64,000 bases of DNA from Paraspadella gotoi (GCA_051294375.1 CM119264.1:1533923-1597922); one strand, 5' to 3'. Counted from the stretch's first letter, positions 41,167 to 55,540 are shown. The notes: generated from the sequence alone by a model not told the origin. Translations and numbers: made by a program.

Positions 41167-44100
41167 AAGAGACAGAGATACAGAGAGAGAGAGACAGTGA
41201 GACAGTGAGACAGAGAGAGCCGGACAGACAAACCGAGAAAATTTCGAAAACAAGAACGGCAACTTATCCAGAGAGAGTACGCACGTACGTCTGTGAAGCG
41301 GATTAGCTCAGGTGTGAACACTTTTCCCCATTTCCCTCCCTTCCTTTTCTCAAACCTCCCTCCTTTATATCTCACCTTTCCTCTTCCTCTCTCACACATT
41401 CTCCCTTTCTCTCTCACACATTCTCCCTTTCTCCCTCACACCTCCCCTTTCTCTCTCACGCCTCGCCCTTTCTTGCTTACACCTTTTCCCTTTCTCTCTC
41501 ACACCTTCCCCCTTTCTCTCTCACACCCTCCCTCCTTTCTTTCTCACACCCTCCCTTTCTCTCTCACACCTCCCCCCTTTCTCTCTCATACCTCCCTCCT
41601 TTCTTTCTCACACTTCCCCCCCTCTCCCCCCTTTCAATCGACACATCGCCCGCGGGACCCGACGCAAGGAAATTGGTTGTAGAGAGGAATTGACCGTTTG
41701 GGACCGAAACGCCAGCCGGCCGGGCAAGAGGATGGGCCGGCCGGGCAAGAGGATCCGCCGGCTAAGGGAAGAGGAGCTTGGCCAGTGAAAGTTAGGAATC
41801 GGCCTGTTGAGAGGCCTGTCGATGTGGCGGGTTAAAGAGAGGAGACTATTTTGTTGAGTGGGCGGGTTGATTGGGCGGGAATCAGTGACTGGTTTTTTGG
41901 GTCGTTGACTGGGTGGGCAAAAGAATGGGGAAGTTCCTTAATGATCAGTAAATTAAAATTAGGCTGGACAAGTTAAGAATGTAGAGAATAAGTTTGGCCT
42001 TGAAGGAAGGCTGTATTGGCCTGTGAAGGAAAGCTGTATTGGCCAGAGAAAATGAGAAAAGAGCGTGAATCTTTGATTTGATTTTGATACAAGAGAAGCT
42101 GAGGGATTACGACGTCGAAACAAGAATTCATTTCATTTTTTTTTCTTTTTTCTTTTTTTTTTTTTGCGATTTGACAAAAAAAATTCTATTTTCCAATTTA
42201 AAATGAATATGGATACCAAGTCTAAGTTTGTGTTCATCAAACAAATTGTTTAAGGATGGTTCTTTTGTACACTGAAAAAAATTAATTTTTGTAAACTGCT
42301 GCTTAAATTCAGCTATGCCAAAAGTAGAACGGGGAATTTATTTAATAACTAATAAATGTTGTAGAAAACCTTTTAATATTTTCTACCATCTAGGCAAAAA
42401 GTATATCACATAATTGTTAAAAAGTTTATTTATTAAATAAAAAATATATAAAACATAGGTTGACATTATGTGAAATCCTTTCTTTCATCGCATTTTGGAA
42501 TTAAAAAAAAACAAATAAGTTTTCGAGTAGATATCCTTCACTAAAAAATGTGATATAGTTTTTGCTTGGTATGCTTTCTATGCTTTCTATGGTTCTTCAC
42601 AAATGACCCGCTCTTCTTTTACCGAAGCGAATTTAGAAGCAGATTCGCTTTTGTTTAATCGTTTTAATTAATTTCCTAACAAAACTTGTTATCATTTTCG
42701 ATTAGAATCTCGCCTTTCATATCCTTATTGTCCTAATGCGCACGACGGGGGAAGAGAAAGAGAATAAAAGAAAGAGAATAAAAGAAAGAGACATTACTGC
42801 GAATTAAGCATAAAAAAGAAGGCGGGATTTTTTTGAGGATTCGACCCAAAATGAGGAGAGATTAACGGGATTAAGAAAAAAAAAGAGGAAAGGGAGGAAA
42901 GAAGAGGAAAGGAAAGGAAATGGAGGAAAGGGAAAAGGGAGGAAAGAGAGAAAAGGGAGGTAAAACAAAAAATTAGAGAAAGAGAGAAAAGGAATAAAGA
43001 CGAAAGGGAGAACAGGGAAGTAAAGGAGGAAAGGAAATAAAGGCAGGGAAAAGAGGAAAGAAAAGAGAGGAAAGAGAGAAAAAAGAGAAAAGAGAGGAAA
43101 GAAGAGGCAATGGAGGAAAAATATAAAAAAAGAGGAAAGGGACAAAAGGAAGGAAAGGGAGGAAAGTAGAAAAGAGAGGAAAGGAAAGAAATAGAAAAAG
43201 GGAAGAAAAGAAAGAAAAAAAAGAGAGGAAGAAAGTGAAAACAGAAAAAAAAGAAAGGAAAGACGAGGGGGTGACCAAAAGGGGGAGAGATGGAGGAGGG
43301 GAGACCAAAGGGAGGAAAAGGGAGGAGGGGGAGACCCAAGGGGGAGAGAGGGAGGAGGGGGAGACCAAAGGGGGAGGAGGGAAGACCTAAGGGGGCAGAT
43401 AGGAAGGAGGGGGAGACCAAATAGTGGTATTCCTTTGGTGGTAAAGCAATGGATTGCGTGGACGGGGAAAGAGGATTAAAAGACAGTAGTAGAGTTTTGG
43501 AGGCCGAAAGCTCGCTGGGTCCTGCTGTGGTGGTTTATCTTAACCCGACATAATCTGTCCAAGCTGATTGAATGGATAAACGTATATCGTGTGTTCCAAT
43601 TTCGTACATATTTTTAAATAAAGTTTAGGCTTTAAATATTATTATCCTACACGAAAACTTACTTGAAAAAAAAATCATTAAATATATTATAATATACAGT
43701 GAATACAGTGAATCAGCGGGAGGAATTCGATGCAAAAGGGGGAGGGGTCAGAAAAAGATGGGAAGGGTGGGTGAAGGTGTGAAAGGGTAGGTGTGAAAGG
43801 GTAGGTGAAGGTGTGAAATTCTCAAAAATAAAAGAGGAAGTCAGGGTGAGGCGACCTTTTTCATTAATGTCAGGAAAGCAAACTGGTCAAGACAAGACCG
43901 TGGAAGGTTTGGTCAGGACATAATCGGCGATGTGTCAGAAGATGAAGGAAAACTGGTTAGGACATTAAGAACGGGACATAGGTCGCGACAGTTTGGCGGA
44001 TGGACAATCACGAGACAAGAATACGATTTGGTCTTTTGCCAAACTCGTTTTCCTTTTTGTCGATCGTTAACGAAAAAACCGCAAAAATGATGCAAAAATA

Positions 44101-44671
44101 ATGAAACACAATAAGAAATCGTGGAAATTGTTCGAATTAATTTGGAATTTGTGAATGAGGAAAGGTAATCTGGATTGGCATTTCATGGCATGACATGGTA
44201 TGGCATGGTTGGCGTGATTTCGGCTGGGAAGTTTTCGGGTGAGCGACGACGACGACGATGACGACGACGACGACGGCGAAGATTTTTGTATTCGGTTGAG
44301 ATGTTGGACGTCGGGTTTGATTAATCTTCTCTTTGAGTCGCGAAGAATAAAAGAAGAATAAAAGAAGAATAGAAAAAAAACAAAAGAAGATTAAAAGAGA
44401 AATAAAAATAATAAAAGAAGAATAAAAGAAAAATAAAATTAAAATAAAATGAAAAATGAACCAAAATAAAAACGAAACGAAAAACAAAAAAAATTATTAG
44501 AGGAAAAATAAAGAGGAAAAGAAAAAATGAAAAAAAGGGAAAAATTGTAAAACAAAAAAAAAATAGAAAGAATATAATAAAGCTTACAAAAGATAACTGA
44601 TAAATGAATGGATATTTTTTTTAAATTTGGTTGTACCAATCTCATAGAAAAAAGGAAAACAAAAAATCGTA

Positions 44672-44737
<66 letters not shown>

Positions 44738-44983
44738 TCTTTCCATCTCACTTTTTCTGGAGTAAATTAGCCGAATTAAAATCAAGGATCAATCATCTTT
44801 TTCCTTCTTCAAAAAAAAACGTTAGAAATTCTCAAATCGTTTTTCATTTCATAATTAAAAAGGGAGAAGAGAATATATTTGCGTGTGGGAGAATAATCAG
44901 AAAGAAAAAGAGAAAAAAAGAAAAATAACGGAAAGAAAACGGGGGAAAAAACGAGAGAGAAAGGAGAGAATCGAGGGAGAGAG

Positions 44984-45020
<37 letters not shown>

Positions 45021-45470
45021 GAGAGAGACGAGATAGAGAGAGAGAGAGAGAGAAGAGAGAGGAGAGAGAGAGACAAGAAGAGTAGAAGAAAAGAAATAAA
45101 GAAAAAGAAAAGGAAAGAAAGAGAGAGAGAATTAAAAGAAGAGAAAAAAAAAAAGAAAGAAAAAAGAACAGAAATATCGAATGAAGGATAATGAAAAAAT
45201 AAAAAAAGAAAGAAAGAAAGAAAAAAAAAGAGGAAAGAAAGAAAAGAAAGAAAAGAAAGAAAGAGAAAGAAAGAAAATAAGAAAGAAAGAAAGAAAGAAG
45301 AGAAAGAAAGAAAGAAAGAAAAGAAAGAAAGAAAGAAAAAGAAAGAAAGAAAGAGCAATAAAGAAAGAAAGAAAGAAAAAGAAAGATAGAATAAATGAAA
45401 AGCTCGGCTGATTGACGCTAAGTGAGAGAGATCTGGGAGAAGAGAGCTAGAGACAAGAGAGCAAGAGAGA

Positions 45471-45520
<50 letters not shown>

Positions 45521-45572
45521 CGCTTTTGCAATTAGGTTTCCGTCAAAGCGACAGAGAAATCATTTCCTGCGA

Positions 45573-45603
<31 letters not shown>

Positions 45604-45868
45604 TTGCAGTATTTGTCGTTTTCGACTTTTCAATTGTCATTTTCAGGTTTCGTCGACGAGTCACAATTTTTTGTTTCTTCTCTCGATTTCATTTCGCTGT
45701 AGATTCAACTCCTTCTGTCGTGATGTTCTCAATGATTAGACTTTTACAATACGGTTACATTTGCAGTTCTTTCTTTAGTTATGAGAAATAAAAGAACTTT
45801 CAAATTGGGTGAACGACAACCACGACAAAAACGACAACATTGACAACAACGACAACAACAACGACGAC

Positions 45869-45901
<33 letters not shown>

Positions 45902-46546
45902 GACCTTCGTCTTTTGCTCTTTTGTTCGAATTCGATTTTCTTCTTCGATCTTTTCTTTGTTTCGTCCGATCGATTGTTGTTGTCATCGTTGTTGTTGTTG
46001 TCGTTATTATTTCGGTTTTCGTTTTTACCGCGGGTGTTATCATTGCCATGGATACGCGTTCGAAATACCACCCAACAACCTTTACGTCCACCTTATTTTA
46101 TACCCTCTGCCCACTTTATCACACTCACAAACCACCGCCTTGTCCAGCATCTCATTAACCTAATCGACTTCACCAATTTCATCACCACCGGCCCAAATCC
46201 GTTCGGCCGCTCCAAGTCATNNNNNNNNNNNNNNNNNNNNNNNNNNNNNNNNNNNNNNNNNNNNNNNNNNNNNNNNNNNNNNNNNNNNNNNNNNNNNNNN
46301 NNNNNNNNNNNNNNNNNNNNNNNNNNNNNNNNNNNNNNNNNNNNNNNNNNNNNNNNNNNNNNNNNNNNNNNNNNNNNNNNNNNNNNNNNNNNNNNNNNNN
46401 NNNNNNNNNNNNNNNNNNNNNNNNNNNNNNNNNNNNNNNNNNNNNNNNNNNNNNNNNNNNNNNNNNNNNNNNNNNNNNNNNNNNNNNNNNNNNNNNNNNN
46501 NNNNNNNNNNNNNNNNNNNNNNNNNNNNNNNNNNNNNNNNNNNNNN

Positions 46547-46650
46547 GGCGTAGTCGTGGCGCAGTCGTGGCGGCATTGTGGTGGCGTCGTGGCGTAGTCG
46601 GGGCATATTCGTGGCGTAGTCGTGGGGGCATCGTGGCGTAGTCGTGGCGA
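46547..46650. repeat. 11-bp tandem repeat (GTCGTGGCGTA)n adjoining a gap
   Basis: Units are directly visible. Confidence 0.8.
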
Positions 46651-49600
46651 CGAGAGGCCAAAACCAATCCAGACCCAAACAGTGTAAGACTTCAAACACA
46701 GTCAAGCCCAAACATAGCCAACCCAAAAACCAAGATATTCAAAAACTAAACCAATCCACACCCAAGCGTGGTCAGTGGCCACCCTAAAATCAATTTGAAA
46801 TCATCGCGGCATCTCTCTCTCCTCTTTCTTCTCTTTTCTCACCTCTCCTATCTCTTCTTTTTTCTCTCCTCTCTCCCCTCTCCTCTCTCTTCTCTTATCT
46901 CTTTCCTCTCTCCTCTTTTCTCCCCTTTCCTCTATCCCCTCTTCTCTCTCCTCTCTTTCCACCTCATGTTGGACACAAGGCGTCGAATTTCCGGACAAAA
47001 ATGGATCCTTTAAGAATCCAAAACATCCGTTTTTTCTCTTTTCCAGCTTCTTCCCCTCTCTCCTCTCCNNNNNNNNNNNNNNNNNNNNNNNNNNNNNNNN
47101 NNNNNNNNNNNNNNNNNNNNNNNNNNNNNNNNNNNNNNNNNNNNNNNNNNNNNNNNNNNNNNNNNNNNNNNNNNNNNNNNNNNNNNNNNNNNNNNNNNNN
47201 NNNNNNNNNNNNNNNNNNNNNNNNNNNNNNNNNNNNNNNNNNNNNNNNNNNNNNNNNNNNNNNNNNNNNNNNNNNNNNNNNNNNNNNNNNNNNNNNNNNN
47301 NNNNNNNNNNNNNNNNNNNNNNNNNNNNNNNNNNNNNNNNNNNNNNNNNNNNNNNNNNNNNNNNNNNNNNNNNNNNNNNNNNNNNNNNNNNNNNNNNNNN
47401 NNNNNNNNNNNNNNNNNNNNNNNNNNNNNNNNNNNNNNNNNNNNNNNNNNNNNNNNNNNNNNNNNNNNNNNNNNNNNNNNNNNNNNTCCCCTTTCTCCCT
47501 TTGCTCCTTTTCCCCTCACAATTTGCTCCTTCAATTCTTCTCTCGCTCCTATAACATCTTCTTATTTAGCTTCTTTAATATCCTTAATTTACTCCTTTGA
47601 TCTTCTCATCAACTTTTCTTCACTGCTCCTGAGCTCCAGCAATCCTCTTAATTCGTTTAACTCCTACAAAGCTCTTACTATTTCCTTACTTTCCTTTAAT
47701 ATATATTTTCTTACTTCGCTCCTATGTAAGATCTGTTGCTCCAACGACCTCGTCATCGTCGCTCCTGCAACCCAAACTCCACCTCCCCACTTTTTCCCCG
47801 GGAACTTTGGCGGTTTTTTTTTTTTTTTTTTTTTNNNNNNNNNNNNNNNNNNNNNNNNNNNNNNNNNNNNNNNNNNNNNNNNNNNNNNNNNNNNNNNNNN
47901 NNNNNNNNNNNNNNNNNNNNNNNNNNNNNNNNNNNNNNNNNNNNNNNNNNNNNNNNNNNNNNNNNNNNNNNNNNNNNNNNCTCTCTTTACCGTTAATGTC
48001 CGCCCTGTTTCCTTGCTTTAGATGCTGTCGTAATTCCTGTAGTTTGTTTGTGTTGAATCAACTCTTCGGAAACATGAGCGGACGAAGACGACGACGACGA
48101 CAACAACGACGACGATAACGACGACGACGATGATGATGACAGAAACGTCGGTCTTCAACGAAAATGAAGTCGCTTCTGATATTTGGGTTCTTGATGCTCA
48201 AATAATTTATGATTCAAAAATAAATTTGACACAAAATTTTATTAAACCATGAACAAATGTTAGGATTTAATATATACGTCTTACTAATTTTTTGGGGGAA
48301 AATTTTAGTACTTTATTTTATTCCGACATTTTTAAGTTAAGAAAACAATTTTTTAATGAGTGACAAGTCATGTTTTATAAACTGCTTTAGATTTAACTCA
48401 ATATTGCTTCTTTAATTACGTTATCTAAGTTTATCTTATTTTATTTCTTTTCTTTTCTTTTCTTTTCTTTTCTTTNNNNNNNNNNNNNNNNNNNNNNNNN
48501 NNNNNNNNNNNNNNNNNNNNNNNNNNNNNNNNNNNNNNNNNNNNNNNNNNNNNNNNNNNNNNNNNNNNNNNNNNNNNNNNNNNNNNNNNNNNNNNNNNNN
48601 NNNNNNNNNNNNNNNNNNNNNNNNNNNNNNNNNNNNNNNNNNNNNNNNNNNNNNNNNNNNNNNNNNNNNNNNNNNNNNNNNNNNNNNNNNNNNNNNNNNN
48701 NNNNNNNNNNNNNNNNNNNNNNNNNNNNNNNNTTTTTTTTCAATTTGCTCTTTTCTGCTTCTCACCAGATTTGTTTTCCTACGCATTTTCGTTTCCTCTT
48801 AACAACGACTCTCTCTCTCTCTCTCTCTCTNNNNNNNNNNNNNNNNNNNNNNNNNNNNNNNNNNNNNNNNNNNNNNNNNNNNNNNNNNNNNNNNNNNNNN
48901 NNNNNNNNNNNNNNNNNNNNNNNNNNNNNNNNNNNNNNNNNNNNNNNNNNNNNNNNNNNNNNNNNNNNNNNNNNNNNNNNNNNNNNNNNNNNNNNATCCT
49001 CCCCTCTCCTGTTTGGCGTCTCGCCCATTGGCTGCGAAAACGTCAGCTGACGTCATCACGCTCCATCAGATCTCACAATTCCAGACTCACAATTCCAGAC
49101 CTTACCTATTTTTTTCTCACGCCTTACCTAATTCTCTGGACACCTTTATCATTCCTTCACTACTCTCCTTTCTACTACTATAAAAGTCGAACTTTTGATT
49201 CAACCGAAAATGAGATTGAGCTCACCAATCTCATTTGTATATCGTCGTGTTGACATTGACTTGTCATCAATTCTATTCCTGTCTCATTTAACGGTCTCAT
49301 ATCACGAATTAACTCTTGTCCACTTTATTACTCATCACGCCTCATTAAGGTTGGAGATCAAGTTACTGAATGTTAGTGATTAAGTTTAGGGATTAGGAAT
49401 AAGAGCGGAATAAAACATTTTAAAATTAAGTATGTGAAGGGTCAAAAATTCGCTGATTACTCATCTTTCCTAACCGAGTATAATCTTCATTCCCTTTTCT
49501 ATTTCAACGTCATTTATTTTTCATTATTTAATCTTTATACATACATTCATTCTTTATGCTTTGAGTTTTTATATTAAAAAATTTCGTACCCAACGAAACT

Positions 49601-51626
49601 TATTTTTTTTAAATTATTGACGTTTTCTTTCATTACGATTTCCGTCGAATCTAATATTGATCATAATTCGTTATCTTTCTATTCATCCGTCAATATTTTT
49701 AAAAATGATTTTTTCAATCTACGTTTCGCATAGAACTTTTCAAACGGTATATATATTGGCTTACCTAAATAATAAATACCAAAATACGTACCACATTTTA
49801 AACAAAAAATACTGTTTGTGTTTTGCCTCGTCTTATTTACTCCGTGAAAAGTTAGCGAACTGACAAAGCGACTAAGCATGAGGGACCGTTCCGCCCCAGA
49901 AAAGACNNNNNNNNNNNNNNNNNNNNNNNNNNNNNNNNNNNNNNNNNNNNNNNNNNNNNNNNNNNNNNNNNNNNNNNNNNNNNNNNNNNNNNNNNNNNNN
50001 NNNNNNNNNNNNNNNNNNNNNNNNNNNNNNNNNNNNNNNNNNNNNNNNNNNNNNNNNNNNNNNNNNNNNNNNNNNNNNNNNNNNNNNNNNNNNNNNNNNN
50101 NNNNNNNNNNNNNNNNNNNNNNNNNNNNNNNNNNNNNNNNNNNNNNNNNNNNNNNNNNNNNNNNNNNNNNNNNNNNNNNNNNNNNNNNNNNNNNNNNNNN
50201 NNNNNNNNNNNNNNNNNNNNNNNNNNNNNNNNNNNNNNNNNNNNNNNNNNNNNNNNNNNNNNNNNNNNNNNNNNNNNNNNNNNNNNNNNNNNNNNNNNNN
50301 NNNNNNNNNNNNNNNNNNNNNNNNNNNNNNNNNNNNNNNNNNNNNNNNNNNNNNNNNNNNNNNNNNNNNNNNNNNNNNNNNNNNNNNNNNNNNNNNNNNN
50401 NNNNNNNNNNNNNNNNNNNNNNNNNNNNNNNNNNNNNNNNNNNNNNNNNNNNNNNNNNNNNNNNNNNNNNNNNNNNNNNNNNNNNNNNNNNNNNNNNNNN
50501 NNNNNNNNNNNNNNNNNNNNNNNNNNNNNNNNNNNNNNNCGTCGTCGTCGTCGTTTTTCTCTGAATCCAACGGCAAAAAGTTCGGTGTTTAGGCAGGAGA
50601 TTATTACTCAGATGACATGAAGGGGGCAGGGCAGGATGGCGTCTCTCTCTCTCTCTCTGTCTCTCTCTCTTTCTCTCTCTCTCTCTACCTTTGTCTCCAC
50701 CTCCTTGACAAAACAAAAACAAAAGTAGAAAAAAAAAAGAAAGGGGTGCCGATTTGGGAATTTAAACTCCGCTGACTTTAAAAATAAATCAATTACTAGA
50801 AAAAGTTTAAAAAAAGAGACTTATTTTATAAAAGAGGCCGATTCAAGCTTAAGTTTTTAAACGATAAAAAACTTTGCATCTAAAAGCTTAAATTCATATT
50901 TAAATTAGTTTTTAGTTAAAAAGTTTTGGATTAAGTAATAAGGTTTGGGAAAATAGTACCCAAAAAACTGGAAGATGCCATCAAGATATCATCAATTACT
51001 GCGACGTTATTTTGATGGATGAGAATCCGAAAGACGAGGACAGAAACTGTTCTTCTGTTTTTTTTTTTTAGTTTTTTTTTTTCGTTTATTCTCCGCGAGA
51101 TGGCTAAAAGGATAAACTCTCTAAAACTGTTGCAGTTGCTGTACATCGAGATACGACTAAAAAAAAAGAGGTAACAATGGGTTTAACTATTAATCTTTTA
51201 ACGCAGTTAGCTCTTGTAATTGTAATTGTAATCGTAATTGTAATTATATGCAACAAGTTCGGAAAAGTTAAATTGTTTTTGCTTGGAATTTTTCTCTTGT
51301 CGTATAACATTTTAAATAACCTGTATTTTTTGAGTGATTAAAAATCATTTTAAATAAATTAAACTGTTTTGTACTTATTTCGTAATCTGGTCCAGGTAAT
51401 CAGCTTGTCTCGCTTGTCCCGACACTCAGCTTGCTCTGCTTGTTAAGGCAATCTGCTTGCCCCGCTTGTCCAGGTAATCAGTCGGCCGCGTTCGTCAAAA
51501 TTCGTCGACTCAAAGTTTCTTCGCGGTTTTTGGCGATTTTGGTTCTTAAGTTTGACGGATTGTTTTGGCTGAGAGGGAGAAGAGAGAGAGAGAAGACGAG
51601 AGAGAGAGAGAAAGAAGAGAGAGCAG

Positions 51627-51657
<31 letters not shown>

Positions 51658-52029
51658 TTCAGATTCTTAACTCCTCTTCTATTGTTTAACCATTGTGAAC
51701 GCTTGTGAATTGCAATTTACCCTCGATGTCGCTACCTCGATACTTAATATGTCTTATATTTTTTAATGTCTTTCACTGAATGTTTTCACTCCTGGATCCA
51801 ATCAGCTCCAGTTCTCAACCGACTCCACCCGCGTCACTCCTTTCCCTTCGCTCCTTCAATCCCGATCCAATCAGCTCCTGTTCTCAACCGCTCCACTCGT
51901 CGCTCCTTCCCTTCCACTTTCATTTTTACCACCAAAAGCGTCAAGATCGTTTCGTCCCACGAGTTGGCGAAAAGTCGGCGTACATGACCCGAAAGCGAAA
52001 GCGAATCCGAAACTCAAATGTAAATAAGT

Positions 52030-52237
52030 GGCTTTTTTTTCCGAGAGTGCCCCATTTTTTTTTCGTTTATCCCAGAATTTAATTTTAATTTTAATTTCTA
52101 ACCTAAATATGTTATGAAACTTATAAACCAATAGCTAATCCTAATCCTTAATTCTAACTTCTAGCTTAACCTTTAACTAAAAAAATATTTTAATTATAAA
52201 TTTAGGATAGAATGGGGCATTCTGGGAAAATAAGGCC
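52030..52237. mobile_element. MITE-like element with ~27-bp imperfect TIRs and internal CCTAA-like repeats
   Basis: Left end GGCTTTTTTTTCCGAGAGTGCCCCATT; the right end's reverse complement is GGCCTTATTTTCCCAGAATGCCCCATT. The interior is homologous to 2082-2230. No clear TSD. Confidence 0.55.
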
Positions 52238-53195
52238 TTGTAGAGTGACATTGAACCAGATTAAAGTTGTCATCCGACTGTTGTAAAAAAAAACCAGATT
52301 TTGAATTAACAGAAGTCTAATTTTATGTCTGAAAAGAAATGTCGTGGCCTCAAACAAATCCATGAATTGACTGTGGCCTAATTAAAAGATTTACATAAAT
52401 TAAACATAAATTTATCTAGGGCAAACTCAACTAAGTATTGGTCGTTGTTGTAGTTTTAATGATGGTTTTCAAATCATTTACTATACAATACTACGCGTAT
52501 TAATTCTTTTTTTTCTCAAATATTTATATTTTATTTTTATTATTACTATTATTATTTCTTAGTCTTGTAATTTTTTACCTACGCTGGCACTGTTTATTGT
52601 TGACTGTTGATTATTGATAGTTGATTTTTGTGTTTTAAGTTTTAAGTTGTTTTTCTCTTTTTAATAAAACTCTTCATACTGACTTCCTCTCACCGGTCAT
52701 TCCTCCCCCCTTGTCCCGCTTTTATTTTCAAGTCCGCATCTTCCCGATCCTTCCCCTCCCTCTATCCATATCCCGTACGTCCGTCCGTCCGGCATTTTTG
52801 TCCGGACATCCAGAGAGACGTGATGGAACCTGTAAAAACAATACGGGCAGTCCGCACAAAACGGAGTCAAACGGGGATGATGAAGAGGCGGATTAGGACG
52901 ACGAGTTTAGGAAATCATGTCGAAGCCAAGAAGAGAAGCTTTTCTTTTTTCTTTCTTTCTTTTTTTTGGCCATCGGAGAAGAAAGAGAGGAGGGAGGAAG
53001 GGAAGGAGGAAAAGAGGGAGGAGGGGAGGTGGAGGAAGAGAGGGGAGAGAAAAGAGGTGGCTGAGAACGATACTTATGTAAGGAATGGTCAGTATGTGGG
53101 AACAAAGGAAAAAAGTGCAAATGAAAAAAGAGAGAAAGAAAGAAAAAAGAGAGAAAGAAAAAAAGAAAGAAATAAAGAAAGAAAGAAAGAAAAAA

Positions 53196-53239
<44 letters not shown>

Positions 53240-53464
53240 GCCAAGATAAAGGAGGAAAAGGTGAAAAAGGAAAGGGAGGAAGAGGAGAAAAAGGAAAGGG
53301 AGGAAGAAGAGAAAAAGGAAAGGGAGGAAGAGGAGAAAAGGAAAGGAAGGAAGCGAAGCGGAAAGAAACAAACAGAAAAGGAGGCGATGAGAAAGGGAGG
53401 GAGAAGAGGGAGAGTGGTTATTGGGGGAGGGAGAGAGAGAGAGAGAGTGGTTATTTTTATTTTG

Positions 53465-53551
<87 letters not shown>

Positions 53552-55295
53552 AAAAATGAAAAAATAGTTTAAAAAAATAAACGTCAATGATAAAGTGAAA
53601 GAAAATTAGAAAGATTAAGTATAAAAATAAAAATATAATTTGGAAGACTCGACGAGGAGAAAGACGATCATAAAAGAAATATTCCTGATATTTCTGAGTC
53701 GCGATGGCGAGATATGTATTTGATAGAGAGAAGTTAGAATGTAATTTGCAAGTCTGATTCTTTGGAGGAAAGTAATAAATAGGAAAAAAGGAAATATAAA
53801 AGGAAAAAAGGAAAGAAAAAACGAAAAAAGCAAAAGAAAATAAAAAAAATTTAAAGGAAAGAAAAAGAAAAAAAGAAAGAAAAAAGGAAAGAAAAAGGAA
53901 AGAAAGAAAAAGAAAAAAAGAAAGAAAAAAAAGAATAAAAGGAAAGAAAAAGGAAAAAGAAAGAAAAATGGAAAGAAGAAAAATGAAAGGAAAGAAAAAA
54001 GGATAGAAAGAAAAAGAAAAAAGGAAAGAAAAAAAAGAATAAAAGGAAAGAAAAAAAAGAAAGAAAAAAGGAAAGAAAAAAGAGAAGAAAAAAGGAATGA
54101 AATAAAAATAAAAAAAAGAAAGAAAAAAAAGAAATGGGAAAAAATGGGAAAAAGTAAAGAAAAAAAGAAAAAAAGGGGAAAAAAAAAGAAAATGAAAAAA
54201 GGGAAAAAAGAAAAAAAGAAAGAAAAAAGGGAAGTAAAAAGGAAAAAAAGGAAAGAAAAGAAAGTTTAAATTCGAGTTGGATAAAGTGAGAAAAAGTTTC
54301 TAAGGAGGAAAGGAGTAGCTTTTGAAAAGCTTTTCATGACCCTTGACGGAGCTTTTAAGGAGCTTTTGAATGGGATTTTAAAGAGATTANNNNNNNNNNN
54401 NNNNNNNNNNNNNNNNNNNNNNNNNNNNNNNNNNNNNNNNNNNNNNNNNNNNNNNNNNNNNNNNNNNNNNNNNNNNNNNNNNNNNNNNNNNNNNNNNNNN
54501 NNNNNNNNNNNNNNNNNNNNNNNNNNNNNNNNNNNNNNNNNNNNNNNNNNNNNNNNNNNNNNNNNNNNNNNNNNNNNNNNNNNNNNNNNNNNNNNNNNNN
54601 NNNNNNNNTTTGAGAGAGACACCCTCGCTCGATTAAGTCTATCAGTCATTGGAAGACATTTGATGTCGAAAGGAAAGAAAATGAAAGAAGGAAAAGAAAA
54701 ACGAGAACCAAAACTAATAATCAAAAAGAATAAAAAAACATGAAAAACAAATGGAAAAACAAAGAAAACAATCAAAACAAAAAAGTATAAAACATGAAAA
54801 ACAAAGAAAACAATCAAAACAAAAAAGAATAAAATATGAAAAACAAAGAAAACATGAAAAACAAAAAATGATAAAACATGAAAAACAAAGAAAACAAAAC
54901 TAAAAAGCAAAAACATGTGAAACTTGAAACAAAAACATATCGTTTAAAGCAAAAAAGGAAAACTTATAAAACAAATGAGAAAAACAATGTAATAAAAACA
55001 AAAAACAGAAACAAGTTAAAAACCAAAAAACACTCCGATCATAATACATTATTATAATAGTATATTAAATCAAGAAACATAAACATAAAATTAAGGATGA
55101 GAAACAACCTTGCGAAAATATGAGTAAATGAAACAAACTGGAAGTAAGAAACCTGAAGAGGAATGACAACTACTGCCTGATAAGCAAGACAAGAACAAAA
55201 AAAATCAATGTAAAAAAAGAAGAAAAAAGAAAAAAAGATGCGGAGAGTCAAGAAAAATATCATCCTTTGCTTCAGGGGATAATAATTCTTGTATC

Positions 55296-55540
<245 letters not shown>

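Noticed and set aside
49679-50722. Long ORFs spanning N runs (46093-50722, 54266-54916)
   Set aside because: They are open only because N codons are translated as X.
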